Shown here: positions 36,934 through 46,237 of the stretch, in pieces
Numbering within the stretch: the first letter of the stretch is position 1
How the letters are laid out: every line of letters begins with the position of its first letter
IMG/VR virus record: IMGVR_UViG_3300050343_000155
Location: 1-63,515 of that record
Length of the DNA: 63,515 nt
Source of the DNA: a virus
Lineage: Duplodnaviria > Caudoviricetes
Direction: 5' to 3' (one strand)
Made by a program: the position numbers and the translations under genes
Notes under the pieces: generated by a model
Databases searched by the model: none
What the model was told of the DNA's origin: nothing
Seen by the model: only the letters and a program-made list of their open reading frames with translations

Positions 36934-39074
36934 TGCCAGAGTTTGATGGAGCTTTAGTTCGTTCGGCAGATGATGCCATGTTGGTCAACCTTGCCAAAGC
37001 AGAAGGCAGCCAGATAAGGGGTCTTGGTATTTTCGCCTCTATTAGTGGTACAGCCCCCAACAGGGACAGCCTTCCCTCTAATAATCAAGTTGATGGATAT
37101 ATAGCTGTTGTTCAAGATGTAGCTAAAGTTTACGTTTTTAATGGCACCCCCTCCACAGACTGGACTAACACGGCTAACTGGACTGAACTAGGCGGGACTG
37201 GACTAACCACCTCTTCGGTTATAAGTGATCTATTTGACGTCCCTGCTATTGGAAGTGTTGGTGAATTTCTTGCTGTTGACAGTACTGGAAACGCATTGGA
37301 ATATGTTTCGGCGGCTAGCGGTCCCGTGGGACCTCAAGGACCCGTGGGTAATCAAGGTCCTGAGGGTAATCAAGGTCCTGAGGGTAATCAAGGTCCTGAG
37401 GGTAATCAAGGTCCTGAGGGTAATCAAGGTCCTGAGGGTAATCAAGGTCCTGAGGGTAATCAAGGTCCTGAGGGTAATCAAGGTCCTGAGGGTAATCAAG
37501 GTCCTGAGGGTAATCAAGGTCCTGAGGGTAATCAAGGTCCTGAGGGTAATCAAGGTCCTGAGGGTAATCAAGGTCCTGTGGGTAATCAAGGACCCGTGGG
37601 TAATCAAGGACCTGTGGGTAATCAAGGACCTGTTGGTAATCAAGGACCTGCTGGAGCCGATGGCGGTCCAGGAACCATTCAGGAGTTTGCTGTAACATTT
37701 CAAAGCGTAGGCGGTTCTAATAAATACTTCATAGATGGTGTTCTGCAGGACAGCCTAACACTTTTCAAGGGTCATAGGTATATATTTGACCAGAGCGCCA
37801 GCTTTGCCCACCCCATAGCTGTGTCTACAACCAGTGATGGAACATGGGGTTCTGGGGTAGCTTACACTGATGGATGGACGAACTCAGGGAGTGGAACGAG
37901 CAGTGCTCAGTCTGACTTTTTGGTACCGAATGACGCTCCGTCAACACTATATTATTACTGCACCCAGCACTCTGGAATGGGCGGTGAAATTACCACATCA
38001 GTACTTTCTGAAAGTATAGCAACGAACACTGGGAACATTGCTAACCTCCAGTCTGAGTTAGACGCTACCCAAACGGGTGCTGGTTTGGGTGCTAACGGCA
38101 CGTACACCGCTAACGCAGGGAATATTTACACTTCCACCGCTACTTCTTTGGCAGGTGCTGACGACCTGTTGGACGCTCAGGTTGCTGCTAACACGTCGGC
38201 AATAACTAATATTGGTCAAACAAGCAGCGCAATTACAATCACAAACTACAACGCTGCGTTCTCTCACATGACCTCTCCTATAGCGTCTGGGACTTCGATT
38301 GAGGATATAATTAGCGATATTCTTGAGAAGTATAATTTAACTTCAATCACCTTTTCTTCTGTTGTTGCTTCTTACGAAAACCCTAATGGATCTTTCCCTG
38401 GGGCATCTAACAAAACACTCGGACTCTCCCAGAGCAATATTCTTGAAACTGGTCAAACGCTTAGAACTACTGGCTTTAACTTTTCGGTTGTTGATCCATC
38501 TCAAACCACAGACAATTCTGTTGAGTTTGAAGTTGAGGGTGTTACGCTCGCGAGTGGGGTTGCCGATACAGCTAGTTCAGGAAGTTACACCGCTGACGAT
38601 CAAGTCATAAATTCAGTCAGCACTCAAGCTGATGTCGAATTCGTAGTCGAGGTTATTGATAGTGGAGGCGGGTCTAACGTAACAAGAAGCGCTTCCAAAA
38701 CGGCTTACTGGAGAAACAGGGTGATACTCGGGGCTTCTAGCACTAGCACCATTTCGAACGACGGTCAGGCTGACACCCTATATGATGGAATTACACAGAT
38801 GGGCACCCAGCTCAATAGCGGAAGCTCGTGGAACGTAAACACAACTGCCGCTGGTAACTCTGGGCTTAACTATACGTATATAATTTTTCCCGCTTCATTT
38901 GGAGCTCTTCAAAATGTAATTCAAGGCGGAGCGCTGTCGGTCATTGATGCTTTCACTGACCTAGGAGACTTCACAATTACTAATCAGTATGGAGCCTCTA
39001 TATCTTATAGCTTCTATAGGACAAACAATACAGCTTCTTTCGCTGACGGAACCTCACTAGCAATAACATTCTAA
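36933..39074 (+). CDS. Collagen-like fibre protein with a cupredoxin-like domain
   Basis: (GPEGNQ)n repeats; HPIA...TLYYYCTQHSGMGG. Confidence 0.75.
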   Translation: MPEFDGALVRSADDAMLVNLAKAEGSQIRGLGIFASISGTAPNRDSLPSNNQVDGYIAVVQDVAKVYVFNGTPSTDWTNTANWTELGGTGLTTSSVISDLFDVPAIGSVGEFLAVDSTGNALEYVSAASGPVGPQGPVGNQGPEGNQGPEGNQGPEGNQGPEGNQGPEGNQGPEGNQGPEGNQGPEGNQGPEGNQGPEGNQGPEGNQGPEGNQGPVGNQGPVGNQGPVGNQGPVGNQGPAGADGGPGTIQEFAVTFQSVGGSNKYFIDGVLQDSLTLFKGHRYIFDQSASFAHPIAVSTTSDGTWGSGVAYTDGWTNSGSGTSSAQSDFLVPNDAPSTLYYYCTQHSGMGGEITTSVLSESIATNTGNIANLQSELDATQTGAGLGANGTYTANAGNIYTSTATSLAGADDLLDAQVAANTSAITNIGQTSSAITITNYNAAFSHMTSPIASGTSIEDIISDILEKYNLTSITFSSVVASYENPNGSFPGASNKTLGLSQSNILETGQTLRTTGFNFSVVDPSQTTDNSVEFEVEGVTLASGVADTASSGSYTADDQVINSVSTQADVEFVVEVIDSGGGSNVTRSASKTAYWRNRVILGASSTSTISNDGQADTLYDGITQMGTQLNSGSSWNVNTTAAGNSGLNYTYIIFPASFGALQNVIQGGALSVIDAFTDLGDFTITNQYGASISYSFYRTNNTASFADGTSLAITF
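37347..37562 (+). repeat. Perfect 18-bp tandem repeat, 12 copies (GGTAATCAAGGTCCTGAG)
   Basis: Counted directly; followed by about 4 degenerate units. Confidence 0.95.
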
Positions 39075-39076
39075 AG

Positions 39077-40150
39077 ATGCCAATTAAGTACCCAGACTTT
39101 CTACAACACAACAACCCTGATGCAGTTCTTATTGACGCTACAGAAAACCAGACTAAGGGTTTTGGGTTCTTTGCCACTACAGGCGATAGGGATGACTTAG
39201 ATGTTGCTCTTCAGACGACTGGCTATATAGCTATAGTTGGATCAACTCCTTATATATACACTGGGGGTGGTTGGGGCTCATCTGGCAACTGGAAAGACAT
39301 ATCTCCTATAGCTTCGATAAATGACCTTACTGACACTCCTCCAAGTTTTGGTAGCTACAAAAACGTATTAACTGTAAATCAGAATACCGACGGGCTAGTG
39401 TATTCAGACTTAATAGAGGAGATAACAAATGAAGTCCTAGATCTTGTCAACAGCTCCTCTTCTTACACTCAAGCCAGCGCAGACCTTGATGGTGACGGTC
39501 TGGTTACGGCTCAAGATTTGCTGCTTCTTCTTGCTCAGTATGGAACTGCGGCTAACACTCCTTTTACTGCTGCTTGGCATTTAGACGACTCGGACTCTAG
39601 CCTTCCTTATACTGGTTCTGGAAATGAAAGTAACGACACATCGGCCCCTTCTGACAGCAATACAAACCTTTTGTTTCTTGAGGCCCCGTCGCAGGTTAGT
39701 TCCTATACTCCGTGGACGATTACAACAAACACAAATAACGAGACTGTAACTATAGCTCAGAGTAACGGAGACTCTGCCGAAAGCGTTGAGTATAGCAAGA
39801 GAATTAAGTTTATAGATCCTATAGTTATTACCATTCAGCAGACATTGAATACGATCAATATTTATAACTTTTTTTTAAAAACTGTTTATAGTTATCCTAC
39901 CGCCTCGGATCTTACTGTATGGTACAATATTGGTGAAATTTCATTTGCTAACGCAAACTATTTGGCTAATGGTTCCGACGCGATAGACAAGACTCTTTTT
40001 GGTACAGAAAATATTTTAGATTTTTTTGATCATGAGAACGGATCGGAGCACCCCAGCTCTGCTACTATGTCGTTTCGGTACATGAAAACCGACCAAGAGG
40101 GAGCCTCGTATGTAAAGCTCAAGAATGTAAACTTTCAATGGAAAAGCTAA
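39077..40150 (+). CDS. Virion protein with a dockerin/EF-hand-like motif
   Basis: ADLDGDGLVTAQDLLLLLAQYG; the N-terminus resembles that of the 36933 gene. Confidence 0.6.
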   Translation: MPIKYPDFLQHNNPDAVLIDATENQTKGFGFFATTGDRDDLDVALQTTGYIAIVGSTPYIYTGGGWGSSGNWKDISPIASINDLTDTPPSFGSYKNVLTVNQNTDGLVYSDLIEEITNEVLDLVNSSSSYTQASADLDGDGLVTAQDLLLLLAQYGTAANTPFTAAWHLDDSDSSLPYTGSGNESNDTSAPSDSNTNLLFLEAPSQVSSYTPWTITTNTNNETVTIAQSNGDSAESVEYSKRIKFIDPIVITIQQTLNTINIYNFFLKTVYSYPTASDLTVWYNIGEISFANANYLANGSDAIDKTLFGTENILDFFDHENGSEHPSSATMSFRYMKTDQEGASYVKLKNVNFQWKS

Positions 40151-40153
40151 GAC

Positions 40154-40960
40154 ATGGCTGATATTAAAGTAATAACACGCAACAACACCCTCTATATAGC
40201 TGGAAACGCCTATCCAGATGGTTCTAACATCGCGTCCACCTCGGCCAATAATTATGTCAGTGTATATGACAGCAATAACAACAAATACATAATAAGAAAT
40301 CACATATACACGGGTATAGTTGATGCTTCTGGGACGGCATTAGCGGCGACAGCAGCTTTAACTGCTACAGCCATAAATAACTACATAAGCACATCCAATC
40401 CAGACAGGATTATTCCAGCAGACTCTACCACTAGTTTTGCTGCTGGAAAGTCAGGGTATGCAGCTATAGTTGGCCCTACAAATGGCGATATATCTACTAG
40501 CGGAAAGCTGTTATTTGCTAGTCATGCTAATTTAAAACTAGGCGCTGAACTAGACTTAAACAACAACAGGATATACACCACCTTTGTAAACGGTGACATT
40601 GTTTTAGACCCTAATGGAACAGGGGATGTAAAGCTAGGCAACTACACTTTGGATGGCGATCAGTCTGTGGGTTCGGGTCAAGATAATTATGTGCTTACAT
40701 ACGACCACTCCTCCACCAAGATAGGCTTAGAGTCAGCTCCAGTTGGTAGTGTTACGGGAGGGACGGGGCTAACCGCAAGTCCAACAACAGGAAGCGTCGT
40801 TGTAAGCCTAGATAACACTTCAGTGACAGCGGGTAGCTATACAGCAGCCGATATAACGGTTGACGCGCAAGGAAGGATAATATCGGCATCAAATGGAAGC
40901 GGTGGTGGCACTTCTGACACAACGGCAATTGAATTAAAAATGTTATTTTTGGAACAATAA
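40154..40960 (+). CDS. Tail fibre-like protein
   Basis: NGDIVLDPNGTG and VTAGSYTAADITVDAQGRI motifs. Confidence 0.65.
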   Translation: MADIKVITRNNTLYIAGNAYPDGSNIASTSANNYVSVYDSNNNKYIIRNHIYTGIVDASGTALAATAALTATAINNYISTSNPDRIIPADSTTSFAAGKSGYAAIVGPTNGDISTSGKLLFASHANLKLGAELDLNNNRIYTTFVNGDIVLDPNGTGDVKLGNYTLDGDQSVGSGQDNYVLTYDHSSTKIGLESAPVGSVTGGTGLTASPTTGSVVVSLDNTSVTAGSYTAADITVDAQGRIISASNGSGGGTSDTTAIELKMLFLEQ

Positions 40961-42576
40961 TGGCACTAACATACAAAACAGACGTAATAACGCTGAACGC
41001 TGCTAATACAGATTTTACAATCTTGACCGCATCAGCAAGCAGTACGCTGGTCAAAAACATTAGTTGGATACATGATGATCACAACACAAACATCATACTA
41101 TCCATAACCAAATCAGGGGGAAGTAAAATCTCGATTGGGGAATACGCGGCAACGGCCAATACATCTACCAAAATCTGGACTGATGTGCTGCCGTTGGGGG
41201 CAAACGATGTACTTCATCTACAAAGCGATCATATTAGCAGCACGGACGTAGGATATTGTGTAATTAGTTACGTCGAAGACACCGCTAATGTGGCTGGTCA
41301 AAGTATTGGTGTTCATACTGACGTTAGCATTAGTGGCATCACAGATGGACAAGTTCTTGAGTGGAACAACAGTGCAACTCAATTTGAACCAGCAACAGTC
41401 AGTGGTGGGGCAACAGATACTGATGGGCTGACAGAGGGGTCTACAAATCTTTATTTTACCGATGCGCGTGTTGCAGCAAACAGCGCAGTTACTGCCAACA
41501 CCGCGAAGGTTGGGATCACTACACAGCAGGCATCTGATATTACAACTAACAATGCAAAGACAGGCATAACGTCAGGACAAGCAAGCGCAATCACAACGAA
41601 CACAGCTAAGACTGGAATTACATCAACTCAAGCTAGTGACATTACGGCTAACAATGCGAAGACTGGTATTACTTCAGGTCAAGCATCTGCAATTACAGCT
41701 AACACCGCAAAGGTTGGAATAACATCAACGCAAGCTTCAGATATTACAGCTAATAATGCTAAAAACTCTTATCCCTCAGCCGATGCGACTAAGTTGGCAG
41801 GTATTGCCGCAGGCGCTGAAGTGAACACGGTTGATGATGTTACAGGAGGGACTGGATTAACAGCGAGTCCAACAACAGGAAACGTTGTTTTAAACCTAGA
41901 CAACACGGCTGTAACAGCGGGTAGTTATACAGCAGCGAACATAACCGTTGACGCTCAAGGTAGGATTACTTCAGCGGCAAGCGGAACAGGCGGTGGTGGG
42001 GTTACAGTAAACAATCAAGCTGCTAACAGGCTTGTTGCTTGCAGTAGTTCTACGGATGTTTTGGACGGAGAGGCAAACCTTACATTTAACGGTAGCACTT
42101 TAAGCGTAACAGGTGCTATTAGCACGACAGGACAATTAAGCGGTAACGGTTCTTCTGTCGCTGTAAGCAAACTTGAAACATCAATAGGGGGCGCAAGTAG
42201 TGCAGGCGATTTAGGTCTAAATGCAGAGGTTGTAACGATTACAACAACTACAGGATTAAATGCAGGCTACGTTTATTATTTGGGTGCAAGTGCATGGACA
42301 AGCGCAGCAGCAACTTCGGTTGCAGCAGCATCAGGAATGATGGCGGTTGCTACGGGTACGTCAAGTGCCAATGGAATGTGCATTCGTGGTATTGTTTGTG
42401 TTGCTACTGCATTAGGCGGAAGCATTGGTGACGTAGTTTATTTAAGCACAGCAACGGGGCGAATGACAACTACGGCTGTTAGTAGCACGGGAAATGTTAA
42501 TAGAGTTATGGGCTACAAGGTTGCTTCTTACAAAATGTTTTTTAACCCATCACAAGAATGGATCGAAATTAGTTAA
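40960..42576 (+). CDS. Tail fibre protein with 17-aa repeats
   Basis: N(T/N)AK(V/T)GIT..QAS.IT. repeats, EGSTNLYFTDAR and ATKLAGIAAGAEVN. Confidence 0.7.
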   Translation: MALTYKTDVITLNAANTDFTILTASASSTLVKNISWIHDDHNTNIILSITKSGGSKISIGEYAATANTSTKIWTDVLPLGANDVLHLQSDHISSTDVGYCVISYVEDTANVAGQSIGVHTDVSISGITDGQVLEWNNSATQFEPATVSGGATDTDGLTEGSTNLYFTDARVAANSAVTANTAKVGITTQQASDITTNNAKTGITSGQASAITTNTAKTGITSTQASDITANNAKTGITSGQASAITANTAKVGITSTQASDITANNAKNSYPSADATKLAGIAAGAEVNTVDDVTGGTGLTASPTTGNVVLNLDNTAVTAGSYTAANITVDAQGRITSAASGTGGGGVTVNNQAANRLVACSSSTDVLDGEANLTFNGSTLSVTGAISTTGQLSGNGSSVAVSKLETSIGGASSAGDLGLNAEVVTITTTTGLNAGYVYYLGASAWTSAAATSVAAASGMMAVATGTSSANGMCIRGIVCVATALGGSIGDVVYLSTATGRMTTTAVSSTGNVNRVMGYKVASYKMFFNPSQEWIEIS

Positions 42577-42579
42577 GAC

Positions 42580-43446
42580 ATGGCAAGTATATCAGGACAA
42601 AGCACTAGCAACATAGACAACGTAGATGGGTTTTTTACTACGCAGGGAGGGGGTGGTGGTACTGCGTCTACAACACCGACAATATCTTTGAACGTGGGTC
42701 TTTTCGGGTCTGTGACTATAACTGTCACAAATCACAGTAGCTACACCAACCCAAACTATCACGTTATTTCTAAGGTGGGAAGCACTGTCACAGTGCAAGA
42801 CGCTGATGTCAACCACGGGTTAGAATCGGCAAAAGACTCTTTAACGGGTATCCTTTCTTTTAGCGACCAGAGCTCTACTACGGGGACTCGGACTGTTGAG
42901 GTGCGAGCGCAAGAGTTTGGAGATAATGTGCAGAGCGCAGCCGCAACAGCAACCTATGATATTACAGGACCACCCGCATCTCGATATGTTCGGGTTAGAG
43001 GCGTAAACTCATCAGGGACTTACACTAATGCTCGACTGGGCATTTGGGATTTAAGATTCTACGAAGGCGTAGCGCAAAGCGGCACCAGCCATCCCACAAA
43101 CATGGTCAGCGCTACAACTGACACAAGCGGAAACACGTACTACACCATTGATGCTGGCCACTATTATAACCAATACTACCCGTACAAAGCGTTTAATAGC
43201 AGCACATCTGTCTACGATTTGTGGTGGCCTTTAAGCACGTCAACTGCCAACAATTGGATACAAGTAAAGTTTGACGAAACGCAATTTTCTACACCACCGT
43301 CAATCAATAGCATTAAATACGGCAACTATGGCAGCGGCAGCGATGCCACGCACTTTGCACTTGAGACCAGCGACGATGGTTCTACTTTCACTCAGCGCGG
43401 GGTGTTTGAGTTAGTTGATTCGAACACCAGCCAAAACTTTGGATAA
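42580..43446 (+). CDS. Putative receptor-binding protein with a discoidin (F5/8 type C)-like domain
   Basis: YPYKAFN...WW...NWIQVKF...FALETSDDGSTF. Confidence 0.6.
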   Translation: MASISGQSTSNIDNVDGFFTTQGGGGGTASTTPTISLNVGLFGSVTITVTNHSSYTNPNYHVISKVGSTVTVQDADVNHGLESAKDSLTGILSFSDQSSTTGTRTVEVRAQEFGDNVQSAAATATYDITGPPASRYVRVRGVNSSGTYTNARLGIWDLRFYEGVAQSGTSHPTNMVSATTDTSGNTYYTIDAGHYYNQYYPYKAFNSSTSVYDLWWPLSTSTANNWIQVKFDETQFSTPPSINSIKYGNYGSGSDATHFALETSDDGSTFTQRGVFELVDSNTSQNFG

Positions 43447-43628
43447 TGAAATACACCAAAAAACAAATTACGGCAGCAATCGACGCGACCAATACAATGT
43501 GTTTTGTGCAGCACGTACTGTGCGAAGAATACTGCGATGCAGTTGTTGTAGCCATGAAGCTATCAAGTGACAATGACGGTGTTCTAAGTTCTGAAGATTT
43601 AGAAACAATTACATCTTTAATGCCATAA
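43446..43628 (+). CDS. Small hypothetical protein
   Basis: 1-nt stop/start overlap with the upstream gene. Confidence 0.5.
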   Translation: MKYTKKQITAAIDATNTMCFVQHVLCEEYCDAVVVAMKLSSDNDGVLSSEDLETITSLMP

Positions 43629-43684
43629 ATAATGGACATTAATGGGCATGGTATTGATTATTCTGTTTTTATTATCTTTGCTTT

Positions 43685-43969
43685 ATGCCTAAGGTAAAGA
43701 AGAAAAAGAACGTAAGCCTCAAGATGGGTAAACACAAGTCCCGTTCTGGCGGACTCACTAAAGCTGGTGTGGCTAAATACAATCGAGAGACTGGCAGCAA
43801 CCTAAAAACTGCTGTAACTACACCACCATCTAAGCTTAAAAAAGGAAGCAAAGCGGCAGGCAGAAGAAAGTCTTTTTGTGCCAGGATGTCTGGTGTAAAG
43901 GGACCTATGAAGAAACCTAATGGAAAACCAACCAGGAAGGCTCTTGCGTTACGGAAGTGGAACTGTTGA
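43685..43969 (+). CDS. Small basic phage protein (RRKSFCARM family)
   Basis: GGLTKAGVAKY...RRKSFCARM...ALRKWNC. Confidence 0.7.
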   Translation: MPKVKKKKNVSLKMGKHKSRSGGLTKAGVAKYNRETGSNLKTAVTTPPSKLKKGSKAAGRRKSFCARMSGVKGPMKKPNGKPTRKALALRKWNC

Positions 43970-43982
43970 TTAAGAGATAGAG

Positions 43983-44192
43983 ATGCCAGAAAATATTTCT
44001 CATTTTGAATTCCTGCTTGTTGCGGGATCTTTAGTAGGTGGTTGGGTGAAGTTTCATTCTGACTATAGTAAACTGTCGGCAAGGGTTGCCGCACTAGAGG
44101 CTGACAACGGAGAGTTCCGAGAGGACGTAAAACAGCTTTTAAAAGACATCCAAGAGATCAAGCTCTTGCTTGCTAAGAACCAAGTGCAATGA
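43983..44192 (+). CDS. Small membrane/coiled-coil protein
   Basis: Hydrophobic N-terminus followed by heptad repeats. Confidence 0.55.
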   Translation: MPENISHFEFLLVAGSLVGGWVKFHSDYSKLSARVAALEADNGEFREDVKQLLKDIQEIKLLLAKNQVQ

Positions 44193-44374
44193 ATGCCGTC
44201 AAGTACAATAAAGGCGGTAAACTAAAGGTGAGCTCAGCTACTAAAGCTGTTCCTGCCCCTACTGGCTTTCACTGGATGGAAGAGCGTGGTAGATACTTCC
44301 TTATGAAAGGAGACTACAAGCCTCACCCTGGGGCTGTAAAGGAAGCCAAGTTTAAGATCGTAAATCACTCATGA
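44189..44374 (+). CDS. Small basic protein
   Basis: KYNKGGK...AP.GFHWM. Confidence 0.6.
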   Translation: MNAVKYNKGGKLKVSSATKAVPAPTGFHWMEERGRYFLMKGDYKPHPGAVKEAKFKIVNHS

Positions 44375-44559
44375 AAGCAAAGAAGAAAAGCAACTGCGGG
44401 TGCAAGAAGTATAAGAAAGGAGGTGCTGTAAAAGACGCTTGCTATAGCAAGGTGAAGTCGCGATACAGCGTATGGCCTTCGGCTTATGCTTCTGGTGCTT
44501 TGGCTAAGTGTAGAAAGGTAGGTGCTAAAAACTGGGGCAATGGCGGTAAGAAAAACTAA
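44371..44559 (+). CDS. Small basic protein (WPSAYASG family)
   Basis: DACYSKVKSRYSVWPSAYASGALAKCRK. Confidence 0.65.
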   Translation: MKAKKKSNCGCKKYKKGGAVKDACYSKVKSRYSVWPSAYASGALAKCRKVGAKNWGNGGKKN

Positions 44560-44779
44560 AGCAGGCCTAAACCTAAAGCGTTGGTTTAAAGAGGATTGGA
44601 GGACTTTATCTGGAGATAAGGATTACTCAAAAGGTGATCGCTCATTCAGGCCAACCAAGAGAATCTCCAAGGACACCCCAGCAACGGCCTCTGAGTTAAC
44701 TCCAGCAGATAAAGCTAGGGGAAGAAAAGAGAAGAGAGAGAAGGGTAGAGTAAGCCGCTGGAAGAAGAGCTCTAAATAG
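44540..44779 (+). CDS. Small basic protein (LKRWFKEDW family)
   Basis: LKRWFKEDW...RPTKRISKDTP.T.SE. Confidence 0.65.
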   Translation: MAVRKTKAGLNLKRWFKEDWRTLSGDKDYSKGDRSFRPTKRISKDTPATASELTPADKARGRKEKREKGRVSRWKKSSK

Positions 44780-44823
44780 CGGATATCAAATAAGTTATAT
44801 ATTTGCACTTAAAGTAAACAAAC

Positions 44824-45111
44824 ATGTCAAATCTTATTAGACAAGGCGACGCAAACCTAGCTGCATTTGGTCAGTTTGGAGGAGACCTTCTCACGACTGA
44901 CGGCACTTCCGCTGAAGGGAGGGTGGTTATCGCAATCCTTTCTTTAGCTGCTGCCACGGCTCTTACGGCTGAAACAGCAGACCCTGTTACAACGATATCT
45001 GACGGTTTAAACCTCGGAACACAGGCCATCCCAGCAGGGGTTACAGTATATGGCAGGTGGACAAAGCTAAAGCTAGGATCTGGCGTTGCTATTGTTTACT
45101 ACGGAGAATAA
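44824..45111 (+). CDS. Small structural protein
   Basis: IPAGVTVYGRWTKLKLGSG.AI.Y motif; immediately upstream of the head genes. Confidence 0.6.
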   Translation: MSNLIRQGDANLAAFGQFGGDLLTTDGTSAEGRVVIAILSLAAATALTAETADPVTTISDGLNLGTQAIPAGVTVYGRWTKLKLGSGVAIVYYGE

Positions 45112-45126
45112 AACAAACTTAATTTA

Positions 45127-46218
45127 ATGGAAAACGAAAACACACAACCCGTAGAAGGGATGGAGCAAGAGGCTCCCGTTTCTACACCAGAAGAGTCTAC
45201 ATCATCATTTAGCTTCGTAAGCGATGAAGAGGTAGCTCAAATGAATCAACCACAAGAACAGCCTACACAGGAAGCTGCTCCAGAGGTTGAACAACCACAA
45301 GAAACTTTTTCTGAACCAACGGAGGCGCAACCAGAGGTTCAGCAAGAATATGCACCAGAAGAAGTCGAGACGGCTGTGTTCGAATTCCTTAGCGAAAGGC
45401 TTGGGAGGAACGTAAGCTCTATCGACGACCTACAGGCGCAGCAGCAGGAGCAAAGAGAGATTGACGAGCGTATTTCTGTGATTGCGGATTTTGTCGAAAA
45501 GACTGGCCGCGATCCACAAGATTGGTTTATCTATCAGTCAATGAACCCATCCGAAATGGATGACATGACTGCTATTCAGGTCCAGATGGCATCTGATTAC
45601 CCAAACCTATCGCAAGAAGAAATCGGTATGTTGGTCTCTAGCAAGTATAAGCTCGATCCAGATCTTAACTCAGAAGACGAGGTGAAGCTTTCGCAACTGC
45701 AAATGAAGATAGACGCATCTAATGCGCGTAAGGGAATTGATGATATGCGATTGCAGTATCAAGCCCCAGAACGCCAAGCAGAGGCAGAGTCTACTTCTAT
45801 GATTGATGATAACTGGGTTTCAAACATGCGTAGTGAGCTGGATGCTATGGAAGGGATTGAATTCAATCTTGGAAATGACAAGACGTTTACTTTCGGTATG
45901 GATGAGAACTACAAGAATCAGCTGGCTGAGAAAAACACTCGCCTTGACGAGTTTTTCGATCCTTATGTGCGAGAGGACGGGAGCTGGGATTACGACACTC
46001 TGAATATGCACAGAGCTGTGATTGACAACGTAGAGAGTATTGTCCAGTCTGTTTACAGACAGGGTATGTCCGACGGTCAGCGTGGCATTGTGAATAAAGC
46101 AGCGAACGTATCTCCTACGTCTCCAAATCAAGGACAAGCACCTAATGGACCCGACCCACTGACTCAGCAACTAAAAGAAGCGCTGGGGGTGAATAAGGGA
46201 GGGTTCGGATTTATCTAA
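45127..46218 (+). CDS. Putative capsid scaffolding protein
   Basis: Acidic with an E/Q/P-rich N-terminus; directly upstream of the capsid gene. Confidence 0.6.
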   Translation: MENENTQPVEGMEQEAPVSTPEESTSSFSFVSDEEVAQMNQPQEQPTQEAAPEVEQPQETFSEPTEAQPEVQQEYAPEEVETAVFEFLSERLGRNVSSIDDLQAQQQEQREIDERISVIADFVEKTGRDPQDWFIYQSMNPSEMDDMTAIQVQMASDYPNLSQEEIGMLVSSKYKLDPDLNSEDEVKLSQLQMKIDASNARKGIDDMRLQYQAPERQAEAESTSMIDDNWVSNMRSELDAMEGIEFNLGNDKTFTFGMDENYKNQLAEKNTRLDEFFDPYVREDGSWDYDTLNMHRAVIDNVESIVQSVYRQGMSDGQRGIVNKAANVSPTSPNQGQAPNGPDPLTQQLKEALGVNKGGFGFI

Positions 46219-46237
46219 TTTTTAAAAAACAAATATT

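Noticed and set aside
37347-37562. CRISPR array
   Set aside because: Head-to-tail repeats with no spacers, inside a CDS, and no cas genes.
37225-37703. Alternative-frame ORFs (VIKVLR, LITLRT, YPQDLD repeats)
   Set aside because: Shadow frames of the 18-bp collagen repeat.
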